DNA of 41,214 nt from Candidatus Methylomirabilia bacterium (GCA_041476345.1 JBGOTH010000001.1:1-41214), one strand, 5' to 3'. Numbered from the stretch's first letter, positions 17,965-27,496 are shown. Notes: generated by a model from the letters alone, not told the origin. Program-made: numbers and translations.

Positions 17965-17994
17965 CAGGATCTGGCTCGCGCGCGGGAGTCAGCG

Positions 17995-18105
17995 ATGAAC
18001 GTTGAGGACATCATGACGGCGGACGTGATCACCGTAGGGCCCGAGGAATCCGTCGACAACCGTCTGATCGCCGGTGTCGGTCTCGCCCACACGTACGGCG
18101 CCTGA
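17995..18105 (+). CDS. 36-codon ORF = N-terminal fragment of a CBS domain
   Basis: MNVEDIMTADVITVGPEESVDN is a canonical CBS-domain start, but the ORF stops after 36 codons. Its TGA overlaps the next ATG (TGATG). It is likely a gene remnant kept as a coupling leader. Confidence 0.45.
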   Translation: MNVEDIMTADVITVGPEESVDNRLIAGVGLAHTYGA

Positions 18106-18257
18106 TGAACTGCATTTGCGGCCATCCGGAGCGCGCCCATGCAGGCAGCGGGCGCTGTCGCGTTCCCGATTGTCCCTGCGAGCGGTTTGAGCCGGGCGAC
18201 ACCATCAAAGACATCGATCCACGGCGCGATCGCAACACCCGCGCTGCGCCGCCTTGA
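18105..18257 (+). CDS. 50-aa Cys/His-rich small protein (MNCICGHPERAHAGSGRCRVPDCPCERFEPGDTI...)
   Basis: Below the ORF-track size cutoff; found by hand. It is a paralog of the N-terminus of 13344-13625. It sits 13 nt upstream of the baeRF1 gene. The conserved C-x-C-G-H-x4-H-x5-C-x4-C-x-C pattern suggests metal binding. Confidence 0.55.
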   Translation: MNCICGHPERAHAGSGRCRVPDCPCERFEPGDTIKDIDPRRDRNTRAAPP

Positions 18258-18270
18258 AGAGAGGATACGG

Positions 18271-19440
18271 ATGAGCGACACAGGGGCCGGCACGGCCGCA
18301 TCGACGACGTTCGACATCGCCGCCAAGCTCCAGCAACTCGCGCGGCTGGCACCGGGGCGAGCGCCGGTGATCAGCGTCTATCTCGATACGCGCTGGACCG
18401 ACGAGCATCAACGCGAGCGCGTGCGTGTCTTCCTGAAGAACGAGACGCGCAAGGCCGCCGCCATGGCCGCCGGTCGACTCGAGGACGAGCTCGCGTGGAT
18501 CGCCGCGCAGGGCGAGCGGCTCGTTCGCCAGGAGTTCCATCCCGACGCGGCCGGCGTGGCGATGTTCGTCGGAGGGTCGGGAGATATGCGCGAGATCCTA
18601 TCCTTCGCCGTCCCGTTCACCGACACATTCACGATGGCCGATATCCCGCGGTTGCGGCCGCTGGTGGCCGCGCTCGGCGAGGCGCCGCGGGCGGCCGTGC
18701 TGTTCGTCGACGGTGAGAGCGCACGTGTCATCGCGTTGACCGAGCAAGGCGCCGCGGATGAGATCGCGTTGGAGACGACCGACGTGATCGGTCAGCATCG
18801 CCGCGGCGGCTGGCTGCTGCTCCTGCAGTCGCGCTACCAGCGCCACATCCACGAACTCCGCAAGCGTCACTTCGACGCCGTGGCCGATGCGCTTGCCGCC
18901 GCCGTCGACCACTACGGTCTTCGGGCCATCGTGCTCGCCGGTGAGGCGCGGAACCTCGCCGTCTTCCGGACACAAGTCCCGCCGCGGCTGGCGGGACGGA
19001 TCGTCGGCAACGTGGCGGGCGCGCGCTACGAGCCCTCGAGCGTGCTCGCAGAGCGCGCGCTTGCGCTGATCCGGCACCGGAACGCCGGCGAAGAGGCAGC
19101 GGCTCTCGACTCCGTCCTGGTCGACGCGGAAGGAGGCGGACGCGCGTCCGCCGGCGTCGATGCCACGGTCGACGCCGTCAACCGCGGCACGGTCGATCGT
19201 CTCTATCTGCTGCAGACCTACGAGGAGGATGGGCGAGTGTGCTCCCGTTGCCACGCGCTCCAGCGTGCCGCGACGGCCGTCTGCCAATGGTGCAGCGCCG
19301 TGACGAATCCGATGGAGCTCGGTGAAGCGATGGTCCGGTGCGTCCTTGCCGCCGACGGCGACGTCGCGAGCGTGGACGGGCACGAGGGGCTCGCGCGCGT
19401 AGGAGGCGTGGCGGCGCTCCTCCGCTACCCGCCTCGCTGA
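18271..19440 (+). CDS. bacterial eRF1-like protein (baeRF1 / Vms1-like peptidyl-tRNA hydrolase superfamily) with C-terminal zinc ribbon
   Basis: 389 aa from ATG 18271 (SD GAGAGGA). It has a central IGQHRRGGW....SRYQR block like the hkqGGwSq.RyqR motif of bacterial aeRF1 homologs. CSRC...CQWC forms a zinc ribbon near the C-terminus. Confidence 0.6.
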   Translation: MSDTGAGTAASTTFDIAAKLQQLARLAPGRAPVISVYLDTRWTDEHQRERVRVFLKNETRKAAAMAAGRLEDELAWIAAQGERLVRQEFHPDAAGVAMFVGGSGDMREILSFAVPFTDTFTMADIPRLRPLVAALGEAPRAAVLFVDGESARVIALTEQGAADEIALETTDVIGQHRRGGWLLLLQSRYQRHIHELRKRHFDAVADALAAAVDHYGLRAIVLAGEARNLAVFRTQVPPRLAGRIVGNVAGARYEPSSVLAERALALIRHRNAGEEAAALDSVLVDAEGGGRASAGVDATVDAVNRGTVDRLYLLQTYEEDGRVCSRCHALQRAATAVCQWCSAVTNPMELGEAMVRCVLAADGDVASVDGHEGLARVGGVAALLRYPPR

Positions 19441-19457
19441 CGGGAATCTGATCCGCG

Positions 19458-20510
19458 ATGGCGCGCAGACCCGTAGCCCTGGTGACGGGCGCCGGCGGCG
19501 AGATGGGACATGCGCTCGTGCGCTGCCTCGCCCGGACGGGCGATGTCGACGTCCTCGCCCTCGACGTTCGCGCGCTCGATCCGGAGCTCGCCCGCCATTG
19601 CGTCGCCGTGCGAGTCGGCGACATCCTCGATCGGCGTCTGCTCGACCGGCTCACGAGCGAGTTCGAGATCGCCACGATCTTCCATCTCGCCGCGCTGCTG
19701 TCGACCCGCGCCGAGTTCGTGCCCGAAACCGCGCACGAGGTAAACGTGGATGGAACGCTGAACCTGCTGCGGCTCGCCGTCGAGGAGGCGCGCGCGCTGG
19801 GGCGTCCGGTGACGTTCCTCTTCCCCAGCTCGATCGCCGTCTACGGCCTGCCTGACGTGCCGACCAAGCGTGCGGTGGGCCGAGTGGGCGAGCACGAGTG
19901 GACGACGCCCGTCACCATGTACGGCTGCAACAAGCTCTACTGCGAGCACCTGGGCCGCTACTTCGGTCGTCACTACCGCCAGCTCGCGCCCCAGGCCGGG
20001 CCGAGCGGCGTCGACTTCCGCGCGATCCGCTTCCCGGGACTCATTTCGGCCTTCACCATGCCGAGCGGCGGCACCAGCGACTACGCGCCGGAGATGATCC
20101 ACGCCGCGGCCCAGGGCCGGCCTTACACCTGCTTCGTGCGGGCCGACACCCGGATTCCGTTCATGGCGATGCCGGACGCGATCGACGCGCTCCTGACCCT
20201 GCTGCGGGCACCGGCGGCATCGCTGACGAGCGCCGTGTACAACGTGACGGGATTCTCTGCGAGCGCGGGTGAGCTGGCCGATCTCGTGCGCGAGGCGTTT
20301 CCCGGAGCGCGAATCACGTTCGCGCCCGATCCCCGCCGTCAGGCCATCGTCGATTCCTGGCCCCAAGATGTGGACGACGCGCGTGCGCGCCGCGACTGGG
20401 GCTTTCGGGCCGCGCACGACCTCCAGCGCACGTTCGACGAGTACCTTCTCCCGAACGTCAGGCGCCGATATGCCGCGGCGGGCGTCGAGAGGGATTCAAA
20501 GGAGGCATGA
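19458..20510 (+). CDS. tdh: L-threonine 3-dehydrogenase (GalE-like extended SDR type)
   Basis: Contains the TGAGGEMG Rossmann motif, catalytic YGCNK, the DSWP motif, and [11 protein letters not shown]. It overlaps kbl as ATGA. Confidence 0.8.
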   Translation: MARRPVALVTGAGGEMGHALVRCLARTGDVDVLALDVRALDPELARHCVAVRVGDILDRRLLDRLTSEFEIATIFHLAALLSTRAEFVPETAHEVNVDGTLNLLRLAVEEARALGRPVTFLFPSSIAVYGLPDVPTKRAVGRVGEHEWTTPVTMYGCNKLYCEHLGRYFGRHYRQLAPQAGPSGVDFRAIRFPGLISAFTMPSGGTSDYAPEMIHAAAQGRPYTCFVRADTRIPFMAMPDAIDALLTLLRAPAASLTSAVYNVTGFSASAGELADLVREAFPGARITFAPDPRRQAIVDSWPQDVDDARARRDWGFRAAHDLQRTFDEYLLPNVRRRYAAAGVERDSKEA

Positions 20511-21700
20511 CGATGTACGGCGAGATCGTCAAGCAGCGACTCGCGGCCGAGCTCGACGAGATGGAGGCGACGGGACTGCTCAAGAGCGAGCGGGTCCTCC
20601 AGGGACCGCAGGGTCCCGAGGTCACGGTCGGCGGCCGGACGGTCCTCAATTTCTGCGCCAACAACTATCTCGGCCTCGCCGACGACCCGGCACTCGTCCA
20701 CGCCGCCCAGGATGGGCTCGCCCGCTGGGGCTTCGGGCTCGCCAGCGTGCGGTTCATCTGCGGCACTCAGACCATTCACAAGGAGCTCGAGGAGGCCATC
20801 GCCGGCTTCCTCGGCACCGACGACGTCATCCTCTACACGTCCTGCTTCGACGCCAACGGCGGCCTCTTCGAGACGCTGCTCGGGGAGGGCGACGTCGTGA
20901 TCTCCGACGCCCTCAACCACGCCTCGATCGTCGACGGCATCCGCCTCTGCCGCGCGGAACGCCACCGCTACGCGCACGGTGACATGGCCGACCTGGAGCG
21001 CATCCTCGCGGCGACGCGCGGCGCGCGCACGCGGCTCATCGCCACCGACGGCGTGTTCTCGATGGACGGCGACGTCGCACCCCTGGCGGAGATCTGCGAT
21101 CTCGCCGACCGCTACGACGCCCTCGTGATGGTGGACGACAGCCATGCCACCGGCTTCTTCGGTCCCACCGGGCGTGGGACGCCGGAGCATTGCGGCGTCC
21201 AGGCGCGCGTGGACATCATCACGTCGACTCTGGGCAAGGCGCTCGGCGGAGCCAGCGGCGGCTTCACGGCCGCGCGGCGCGAGATCGTTGCCATCCTGCG
21301 GCAGCGCTCGCGCCCCTACCTCTTCTCGAACACGCTGCCGCCCGCGCTCGTCTGCGCGTCCCTGGCCTGCCTCGAGCTGCTCGCGCGGTCGTCGATGCGG
21401 CGTGACGTGCTCGCCGCAAACACGCGGTGGTTTCGTGCAGCGATGACGGCCGCCGGCTTCGCCATTCGCCCCGGCGTCCATCCGATCGTCCCGATCGTGC
21501 TGGGCGACGCCCGCCTCGCCCAGCAGATGGCCGGCGATCTCCTGGAAGAGGGCATCTACGTCGTCGGCTTCTCCTATCCCGTCGTCCCCAGGGACGCGGC
21601 GCGCATCCGCGTGCAGCTCAGCGCCGCCCACACGCCGGCCCATCTCGAGCGCGCGGTCACGGCGTTCGTGAAAATCGGCCGCGTCCGTGGTGTCGTTTGA
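20507..21700 (+). CDS. kbl: glycine C-acetyltransferase (2-amino-3-ketobutyrate CoA ligase)
   Basis: Contains [29 protein letters not shown] and the PLP-Lys block [14 protein letters not shown]. The C-terminus reads [13 protein letters not shown]. Confidence 0.9.
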   Translation: MTMYGEIVKQRLAAELDEMEATGLLKSERVLQGPQGPEVTVGGRTVLNFCANNYLGLADDPALVHAAQDGLARWGFGLASVRFICGTQTIHKELEEAIAGFLGTDDVILYTSCFDANGGLFETLLGEGDVVISDALNHASIVDGIRLCRAERHRYAHGDMADLERILAATRGARTRLIATDGVFSMDGDVAPLAEICDLADRYDALVMVDDSHATGFFGPTGRGTPEHCGVQARVDIITSTLGKALGGASGGFTAARREIVAILRQRSRPYLFSNTLPPALVCASLACLELLARSSMRRDVLAANTRWFRAAMTAAGFAIRPGVHPIVPIVLGDARLAQQMAGDLLEEGIYVVGFSYPVVPRDAARIRVQLSAAHTPAHLERAVTAFVKIGRVRGVV

Positions 21701-21705
21701 CCGCG

Positions 21706-24700
21706 ATGCCGGCTGCGCCCTCGCCCGCTCCGCCCCTCACGTCGCTCGTCGCCGGCGATCCGCAGTCGCTCGGGCCTGCCGTCGATTGCCTGGAAGCCCT
21801 CGCGCGCGCGCTCGGTCGGCCGGGGCTCTCCCGCGCGCGGCCGGTCGCCCTCGCGCCTGACGTCGTCCTCGTGCGCGACGAGGGGGCCGGCACGCTTGCG
21901 CTGACGTGCGTCGTCCTCGACCACGCGCCGCCCCTCGGGCCCGACGGCTCGCGGGCGAGGCTCGTCGTCGTCCTCGAGGCGCCCCTCGCAGCGAGCGCGC
22001 GCGGGGTGCGCGCTGCGGCGCGGCTGGCCGCCTGCCTCGCCAACATCGACGTGCGCGCACGGCTCATCTCCGCTCGTAATCGCCAGGACCTGGTCGAGGC
22101 GCTCGGTCCCGCGCAGGCGCGTGCCGGCGAAGCCGCGCTCGACGACGCGACGCTGTTCGCGCTGCTCGGGAGCACTGCCCGCGGGATCGAAAGCGCCGAG
22201 GCAACGCGCCGCCTCGCCGCGTGCGGAACCAATGAACTGCGCCGAGGGGCGCGCCGGTCGCTCGCCGCGCGTCTCGTCGCCCAGCTCACCAGCCTCTTCG
22301 CCGCCCTGCTCTGGATCGGTGGCGCGCTCGCCTTCCTCGTGGGCTCGCCGGAGGCCGGCTGGGCCATCTTCGGCGTCATCGTGATCAACGGCGTCTTCAG
22401 CTTCGTGCAGGAGTACCGGGCCGAGCGTGCGGTGGAGGCGCTGCAGGCGCTCCTCCCGCGCCGCATCGCGGTCCTGCGTGACGGCGCGGTCGTCACGGTC
22501 GACCTCACCGATGTCGTCCCGGGTGACGTGATCCAGCTGGCGGAGGGCGACCACGTGCCGGCCGACGGCCGCGTCCTCGACGCCGCGGGCCTGCGCGTCG
22601 ATCAGAGCGCGCTCACCGGCGAGCCGCAGCCGGTGTTCAAGCTGCCGCTGCGCGGTGACGGTCGCGAGAACGTCCCGCGGCTCGAGCGTACCGAGCTCGT
22701 CTTCGCGGGCACGAGCGTGATGGCCGGCGCCGCCACCGTGCTCGTGACCGCGACCGGCATGGAGACCGAGATCGGCGGGATCGCCAGGCTCACCGAGGCG
22801 GTCGAGGAAACCGCGAGCCCCCTCCAGCGCGAGCTGGCGCGCACGACCCGGGTCGTCACGGCCCTGGCGGTCGGGATCGGCGTGGGCGCCTTCGTGTTGA
22901 GCGTCGCGGCGAGACGGCTGGCGCTCGGCGAGGCACTGCTCTTCGCGCTCGGCGTCATCGTGGCGAACGTCCCCGAAGGTCTCCTCCCCACCCTCAGCCT
23001 GACCCTTGCGCTCGCCGTCCAGCGACTCGCGCGCGCCGGCACGCTGATGAAGCGGCTGAGCGCGGTCGAGACGCTCGGCGAGACGACCGTGATCTGCACG
23101 GACAAGACGGGCACGCTGACGCTCGGCACGATGGTGGTCCGTCATCTGTGGATCGACGGCCGGGTCATCGCCGGCGATGACTCCGCCGGTCGAGAGCTTC
23201 TCGAGGCCGCCACGCTCGCGTCGCTCGCCGGCCGCGACCGCGGGGATCCCACCGAGGTCGCGTTGGTGACCGCGGCCACCCAGGCCGGCGCGGATCCGGA
23301 CGCCCTCCGGAACGCGGCGCCGATCGTCACCCCCTACCCGTTCGACTCGTTCCGCAAGCGCATGACGCTCGTGCGCGACGGGCGCGGTGAACGCACGGCC
23401 TGGGTGAAGGGCGCTCCCGCCGAGACGCTCGCACTCTGCGCGTCGATACGGCAGGACGGACGAACGGTGTCGCTCACCGAGGCGCAGCGCCAGGCGATCC
23501 TCGCCGAGCACGACCGGCTCGCCGCGGAAGGACTCCGCATCCTCGCCGTCGCCACGCGCCCCGTGGGGAGCGAGCTGCACGATGCGCCGGCCGGCGTCAT
23601 CGAGCACGAGCTGACCTTCCTCGGGCTGATCGCGCTGTGGGATCCGCCGCGCCCCGAGGTCGCCGGCGCCGTCGCGGCATTCCGCCGCGCCGGTATCCGC
23701 GTCGTGATCGTCACCGGAGATTACGGGCTCACGGCGCGGTCGATCGCCCTCCAGATCGGGCTTGCGGCCACGAAAGTCGTCACCGGCGCGGAAGTGGAGC
23801 GCCTCCCGGCGAGCGCGCTCCGCGAGCTCGCGCTCGAGCCGGGCGTTCTGTTCGCGCGGACCTCGCCGGCGCACAAGCTCGCGATCGTCGAGGCGTTGCG
23901 AGCGGGCGGCGAGGTCGTGGCCGTGACCGGTGACGGCGTCAACGACGCGCCCGCGCTCAAGGCGGCCGACATCGGCGTCGCCATGGGGCAGCGCGGCAGC
24001 GACGTCGCCCGAGAGGCGTCGGAGATGGTGCTGGTGCGCGATGACTTCACCGCCATCGTCGCCGCCATCCGGCTCGGACGCGCGGCATGGGCCAACATCG
24101 GCAAGTTCGTCACCTACATCTTCGTCTCGAATCTCGCCGAGCTCGTGCCCTTCCTGGCGTTCGTCCTCTTCCACATTCCGCTGCCCTTGAACGTCCTGCA
24201 GATCCTCGCCATCGACCTCGGAACGAACCTCCTGCCCGGTCTCGCGCTCGGCGCGGAGGCACCGGAGCCGGGAGTGATGGAGCGGCCGCCACGATCGCGG
24301 ACCGAGCGGCTTCTCGGACGCGATCGCCTGCTGCGCGCGTATTGCTTCCTCGGCGTCGCGGAGGCGGCCTTGGCGCTGGCGGCGTTCTTCTGGGTGTACT
24401 GGCTCGCCGGCTGGCGTCCGGGGCTGCCGCTCGCGGCGGAGGGTGAGATCTACCGTCGCGCGACCACGATGACGTTTGCCGCCATCGTGGCCGGGCAGGT
24501 CGGCAACGTGTTCGCCTGCCGCACCGATCGCGTGTCCGTTTTCCACGTGGGCCTGGCCGCCAACCGCATGGTCATCTCGGCGGTGCTCGCAGAGATCGGC
24601 CTGCTCGTGGTGTTGATCCTCGTGCCGCCCTTCCCCGCCGTCCTCGGGTTGGCGCCGCTCGGCGTGCACGAGTGGAGCGTGCTCCTGCTCTTCCCATTCG

Positions 24701-24786
24701 TGATCCTGGGTCTCGAGGAGGGCCGCAAGTGGCTGGTGCGCCGCCCGTGGCGCGCGGCGGCCGACCGGCGAGTCCCCGAGCGCTGA
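21706..24786 (+). CDS. cation-transporting P-type ATPase (type II-like) with about 160-aa N-terminal extension
   Basis: Contains CTDKTGTLT, M4 PEGLLPT, TGDYGLTA and VTGDGVNDAPALK. The start is taken at ATG 21706, just after the kbl stop; the track ORF start 21427 overlaps kbl. Confidence 0.9.
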   Translation: MPAAPSPAPPLTSLVAGDPQSLGPAVDCLEALARALGRPGLSRARPVALAPDVVLVRDEGAGTLALTCVVLDHAPPLGPDGSRARLVVVLEAPLAASARGVRAAARLAACLANIDVRARLISARNRQDLVEALGPAQARAGEAALDDATLFALLGSTARGIESAEATRRLAACGTNELRRGARRSLAARLVAQLTSLFAALLWIGGALAFLVGSPEAGWAIFGVIVINGVFSFVQEYRAERAVEALQALLPRRIAVLRDGAVVTVDLTDVVPGDVIQLAEGDHVPADGRVLDAAGLRVDQSALTGEPQPVFKLPLRGDGRENVPRLERTELVFAGTSVMAGAATVLVTATGMETEIGGIARLTEAVEETASPLQRELARTTRVVTALAVGIGVGAFVLSVAARRLALGEALLFALGVIVANVPEGLLPTLSLTLALAVQRLARAGTLMKRLSAVETLGETTVICTDKTGTLTLGTMVVRHLWIDGRVIAGDDSAGRELLEAATLASLAGRDRGDPTEVALVTAATQAGADPDALRNAAPIVTPYPFDSFRKRMTLVRDGRGERTAWVKGAPAETLALCASIRQDGRTVSLTEAQRQAILAEHDRLAAEGLRILAVATRPVGSELHDAPAGVIEHELTFLGLIALWDPPRPEVAGAVAAFRRAGIRVVIVTGDYGLTARSIALQIGLAATKVVTGAEVERLPASALRELALEPGVLFARTSPAHKLAIVEALRAGGEVVAVTGDGVNDAPALKAADIGVAMGQRGSDVAREASEMVLVRDDFTAIVAAIRLGRAAWANIGKFVTYIFVSNLAELVPFLAFVLFHIPLPLNVLQILAIDLGTNLLPGLALGAEAPEPGVMERPPRSRTERLLGRDRLLRAYCFLGVAEAALALAAFFWVYWLAGWRPGLPLAAEGEIYRRATTMTFAAIVAGQVGNVFACRTDRVSVFHVGLAANRMVISAVLAEIGLLVVLILVPPFPAVLGLAPLGVHEWSVLLLFPFVILGLEEGRKWLVRRPWRAAADRRVPER

Positions 24787-24809
24787 GTCGCGTTCCGCAT
24801 CGGTGATTG

Positions 24810-25355
24810 TCAGGGCGCCCGCCCTGTGCGACGCAGGAGCCTCTTGAGCCAGCCCTTGGATCTTGATGTCGTCGCTGGCTCGAACAATGCGACCGCCTCA
24901 ACCGGATCGGGCTTCGCACGACGACCGGTCACCCGGTCAACGTGAATGCGGTAGTACGTCGGAATCAGCGGCTCTACAGCACCAAGATGGGTCTCTCCGA
25001 CGCAGGCTGGTTCCCACCACAGGGCCCGCCGCTGGAGCAGCGCGTACGCCAATTCACGTTCCACGCTCCATTCAGGCGTATCCGGCAACTCCTCATAGCG
25101 ACCTTGGACGACCACACTCGTCCAATGATGGTCATTGATTATTTCGTCTGCTTCGACACAGACCAGCGGGTTGGTACGCATCCATTCGATCTTCTGACCG
25201 AGCGCGGCGACGCTGTAGAGATGCCTGTCGTCGTAAGCGAAATTGACCGGCACGACGTACGGCTGATTGTCACGTGAACAGCCGAGTCTGGCGAATCTCA
25301 GGCGTGTCAGCGTCTCAACGCATTCTTTATTCGTCAGTTCGAGAATCAACGTCAC
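24810..25355 (-). CDS. pyridoxamine 5'-phosphate oxidase-like (flavin-binding split-barrel) family protein
   Basis: 181 aa. CVETLTRLRFARLGCSRDNQPYVVPVNFAYDDRHLY...VCVEAD fits the Pyridox_ox_2-type pattern. GTG start with SD AAGAAGGGA. Its G+C is markedly lower than that of its neighbours. Confidence 0.65.
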   Translation of the reverse strand: MTLILELTNKECVETLTRLRFARLGCSRDNQPYVVPVNFAYDDRHLYSVAALGQKIEWMRTNPLVCVEADEIINDHHWTSVVVQGRYEELPDTPEWSVERELAYALLQRRALWWEPACVGETHLGAVEPLIPTYYRIHVDRVTGRRAKPDPVEAVALFEPATTSRSKGWLKRLLRRTGRAP

Positions 25356-25410
25356 ACGTATCCCTTCTTGTCGCCGAGGAGCCGCGCGTTACCCGGCTCA
25401 GTCGTGCACG

Positions 25411-25830
25411 TCACTCGTCGGCGAGCGACTCCCGTAGCGCCTCCAACACGTCGACATAGCTCACGATGCCGATCAGTTCACCGGTCTCGGGTCTGACGAC
25501 GGGAACCGCGCCCACGCGGTGCTCGATCAGGAGGTCGACCACTTCACCGAGCCCCGTCTCGGGATTGACGGCGACGACATCGGTGCTCATGACCTTCACG
25601 ACCGGGGTGCTGAGCTCGCGGCGAAGCGCCTCGGCTCCGTCAACCGTGAGGAGAGGCACCATGTCGAAGTGGGCGAGGTCGCGGTCGCTCAGCATGCCGA
25701 CGAGGGTGCCGCCGTCGAGCACGGGCACGTGTCGGATCGCCCGCACGCGCATGAGGTCCCAGACTTCGGCAACGGTCGCATCGGGGCTCACGAACACCGG
25801 ATTCGGCGTCATCAGATCTTGCGCGCTCAC
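25411..25830 (-). CDS. CBS-domain pair protein
   Basis: Two CBS repeats: DLMTPNPVFVSPDATVAEVWDLM...IRHVPVLD and VMSTDVVAVNPETGLGEVVDLL...GAVPVV. The GTG at 25830 is preceded by AAGGAGGAG; the longer track ORF is not supported. Confidence 0.85.
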   Translation of the reverse strand: MSAQDLMTPNPVFVSPDATVAEVWDLMRVRAIRHVPVLDGGTLVGMLSDRDLAHFDMVPLLTVDGAEALRRELSTPVVKVMSTDVVAVNPETGLGEVVDLLIEHRVGAVPVVRPETGELIGIVSYVDVLEALRESLADE

Positions 25831-25893
25831 GGGACTCCTCCTTCGGCACCGCCGGGGTCCGTCATACGGGAACGGCCTGTGGCGATAGGGGGG

Positions 25894-25909
25894 TGCAACA
25901 CGAGTGCCG
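25894..25909 (-). promoter_or_regulatory. sigma-54 promoter P9 (CBS-PNPOx operon)
   Basis: The minus strand reads CGGCACTCGTGTTGCA, near-consensus GGCAC-N5-TTGCA. The leader is about 53 nt. Confidence 0.7.
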
Positions 25910-25997
25910 ATCGCGAACTCGCGGATTTGCTCGAATTCCGACGGATCGCTGCGGGAGATCGCCGTCGCGATGGGGCGACGCGGGGACACCTGGGAAC

Positions 25998-26020
25998 GGG
26001 GCGCCCCGCCCGGTGAGCGC
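25998..26020. promoter_or_regulatory. GGGG-N8-CC+GGTGAGCGC dyad upstream of P9
   Basis: Reads GGGGCGCCCCGCCCGGTGAGCGC, with CACCTGGG at 25987-25994 as a possible opposite half. It lies about 93 bp from the P9 GG and abuts the DASS stop codon. Confidence 0.4.
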
Positions 26021-26023
26021 CAC

Positions 26024-27496
26024 TCAGCGGTACAGCAGCACGAGGTAGGGCAGCTCCACGACGAGGATCGACACGAGGTAGAGGGCGCCGAAGACGAGCC
26101 CGAACGTCCAGAAGTCGCGGTGGCTGATGTAGCCGCTGCCGTAGTAGAGCGGCGCCGATCCCGTCGCGTACGGCGTGATGATCCCCATGAGCCCGAGCGT
26201 GTAGGACAGACACAGCGCGACCACGATGATGGGCAACTCCGGAATCACGACGATTGCAGTGAGCAGCACAGGCAAGAGCGCGGTGGCGTGCGCGGTGAGG
26301 CTCGCGAACATGTAGTGCGCGACGAAGAAGACGCTGACGATCAGGGCGACCTTGACCGCGACCGGGAAACCGCCGACGGAAGAGGCCAGCTTCGCCGCGA
26401 ACCACCGCAGGAACCCCACGCGGCCCAGACCGTCCGCCAGCGTGATCAACGTCGCGAACCAGACGAGGTTGTTCCACCCGCGCCGGTATTCGAGGACGTC
26501 GTCCCAGGACACGACGCGGGTCACGATCATCAGACAGAGGCTGAGGAGCGCCACCGTCGTGGCGTGTATCCACCGCCCTCCGAAGATCCAGAGCGACAGT
26601 GCGAGGATGGCGAGCAGCCCCATGCTCAGTTCTCGCCGCGAGAGCGGGCCCATCGCGACGAGCTCGCGGCCGGCCCACCTGGGAATCTCCGCGGTCGTCG
26701 TCACCGCCGGCCGACAGAGCCGATGGATGAGAAAGGGCTGGGCGACGAACAGCAGCAGGCCCAGCGGCAGGAAGCCGATCAGCCATTGCGTCCACGTCAC
26801 CTCGACGTGGGCGATCTCCTTCATCAGCGAGACGGCAAGCAGGTTCGGCGCGAGGGCAGTGACGAACATCGAGCTGGTGACGCACGTGGTGGCGAAGGCG
26901 GTCCACATCACGTACGCGCCGAGGCCCCGGCGGGTCTCTCCGGGTGCCGCGCCGTAGAGCGCGGGAATGTTCTCGACGATCGGGAAGACGATGCCGCCGC
27001 TCCGCGCGGTGTTCGACGGGACGAACGGCGCCAGGGCGAGGTCGGCCAGCGCGATCGCGTAGCCGAGCCCGAGGGTTCGTCCGCCCAGACGGCGGACCAG
27101 CAGGAGCGCGATCCGCCGGCCGAGCCCGGTCTTGGCGTAGCCGAGCGCGAACATGAAGGCGACGAACATCAGCCACACGGTGCTGTCCGCGAAGCCGGTG
27201 AGCGCCCAGCGGATCGAGTCGACGGGCCGAGGCGCGACGAGCAGGAGCACCGTCGCGACGGTGATGCCGATCAGCCCGGCCGCCGCACCGGGAATCGGCT
27301 CGGTGATCAGGCTGACGATCACCGCGAGGAACAGCGCGAAGTAGCGCCAGGCCTCAGTCGTGAGCCCGGCGGGCACGGGGAGCGCAGCGACGAGGCCGCC
27401 GACCAACAGCGGCAGGATCACCCGCCAGCGCCGGTCGCGCGATCCGAGCGGAGGACGCGTCGGCCACGTCGAGGCGTCGATTGCGCGCCCCGTCAT
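26024..27496 (-). CDS. DASS-family anion:cation symporter (2-oxoglutarate/malate or di/tricarboxylate/sulfate type)
   Basis: 490 aa from ATG 27496 (SD GAAGGAGG). Contains FVPSNTARSGGIVFPI and ITPYATGSAPLYYGSGY hairpin motifs typical of DASS/SLC13. Confidence 0.8.
   Translation of the reverse strand: MTGRAIDASTWPTRPPLGSRDRRWRVILPLLVGGLVAALPVPAGLTTEAWRYFALFLAVIVSLITEPIPGAAAGLIGITVATVLLLVAPRPVDSIRWALTGFADSTVWLMFVAFMFALGYAKTGLGRRIALLLVRRLGGRTLGLGYAIALADLALAPFVPSNTARSGGIVFPIVENIPALYGAAPGETRRGLGAYVMWTAFATTCVTSSMFVTALAPNLLAVSLMKEIAHVEVTWTQWLIGFLPLGLLLFVAQPFLIHRLCRPAVTTTAEIPRWAGRELVAMGPLSRRELSMGLLAILALSLWIFGGRWIHATTVALLSLCLMIVTRVVSWDDVLEYRRGWNNLVWFATLITLADGLGRVGFLRWFAAKLASSVGGFPVAVKVALIVSVFFVAHYMFASLTAHATALLPVLLTAIVVIPELPIIVVALCLSYTLGLMGIITPYATGSAPLYYGSGYISHRDFWTFGLVFGALYLVSILVVELPYLVLLYR

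Noticed and set aside
21574-24669. 1031-aa ORF on the minus strand, antisense to the P-type ATPase
   Set aside because: A typical high-GC shadow ORF. It is Arg/Gly/Glu/Asp-rich low-complexity with no recognisable motifs. It fully overlaps a gene with unambiguous P-type ATPase signatures on the plus strand.
24811-24826. CAGGGCG-CC-CGCCCTG palindrome between the convergent ATPase and PNPOx-like genes as a bidirectional terminator
   Set aside because: The loop is too short unless the stem shrinks to 5 bp. There is no T-tract on either side, and it overlaps the last codons of the PNPOx-like gene. There is not enough support to call a terminator.
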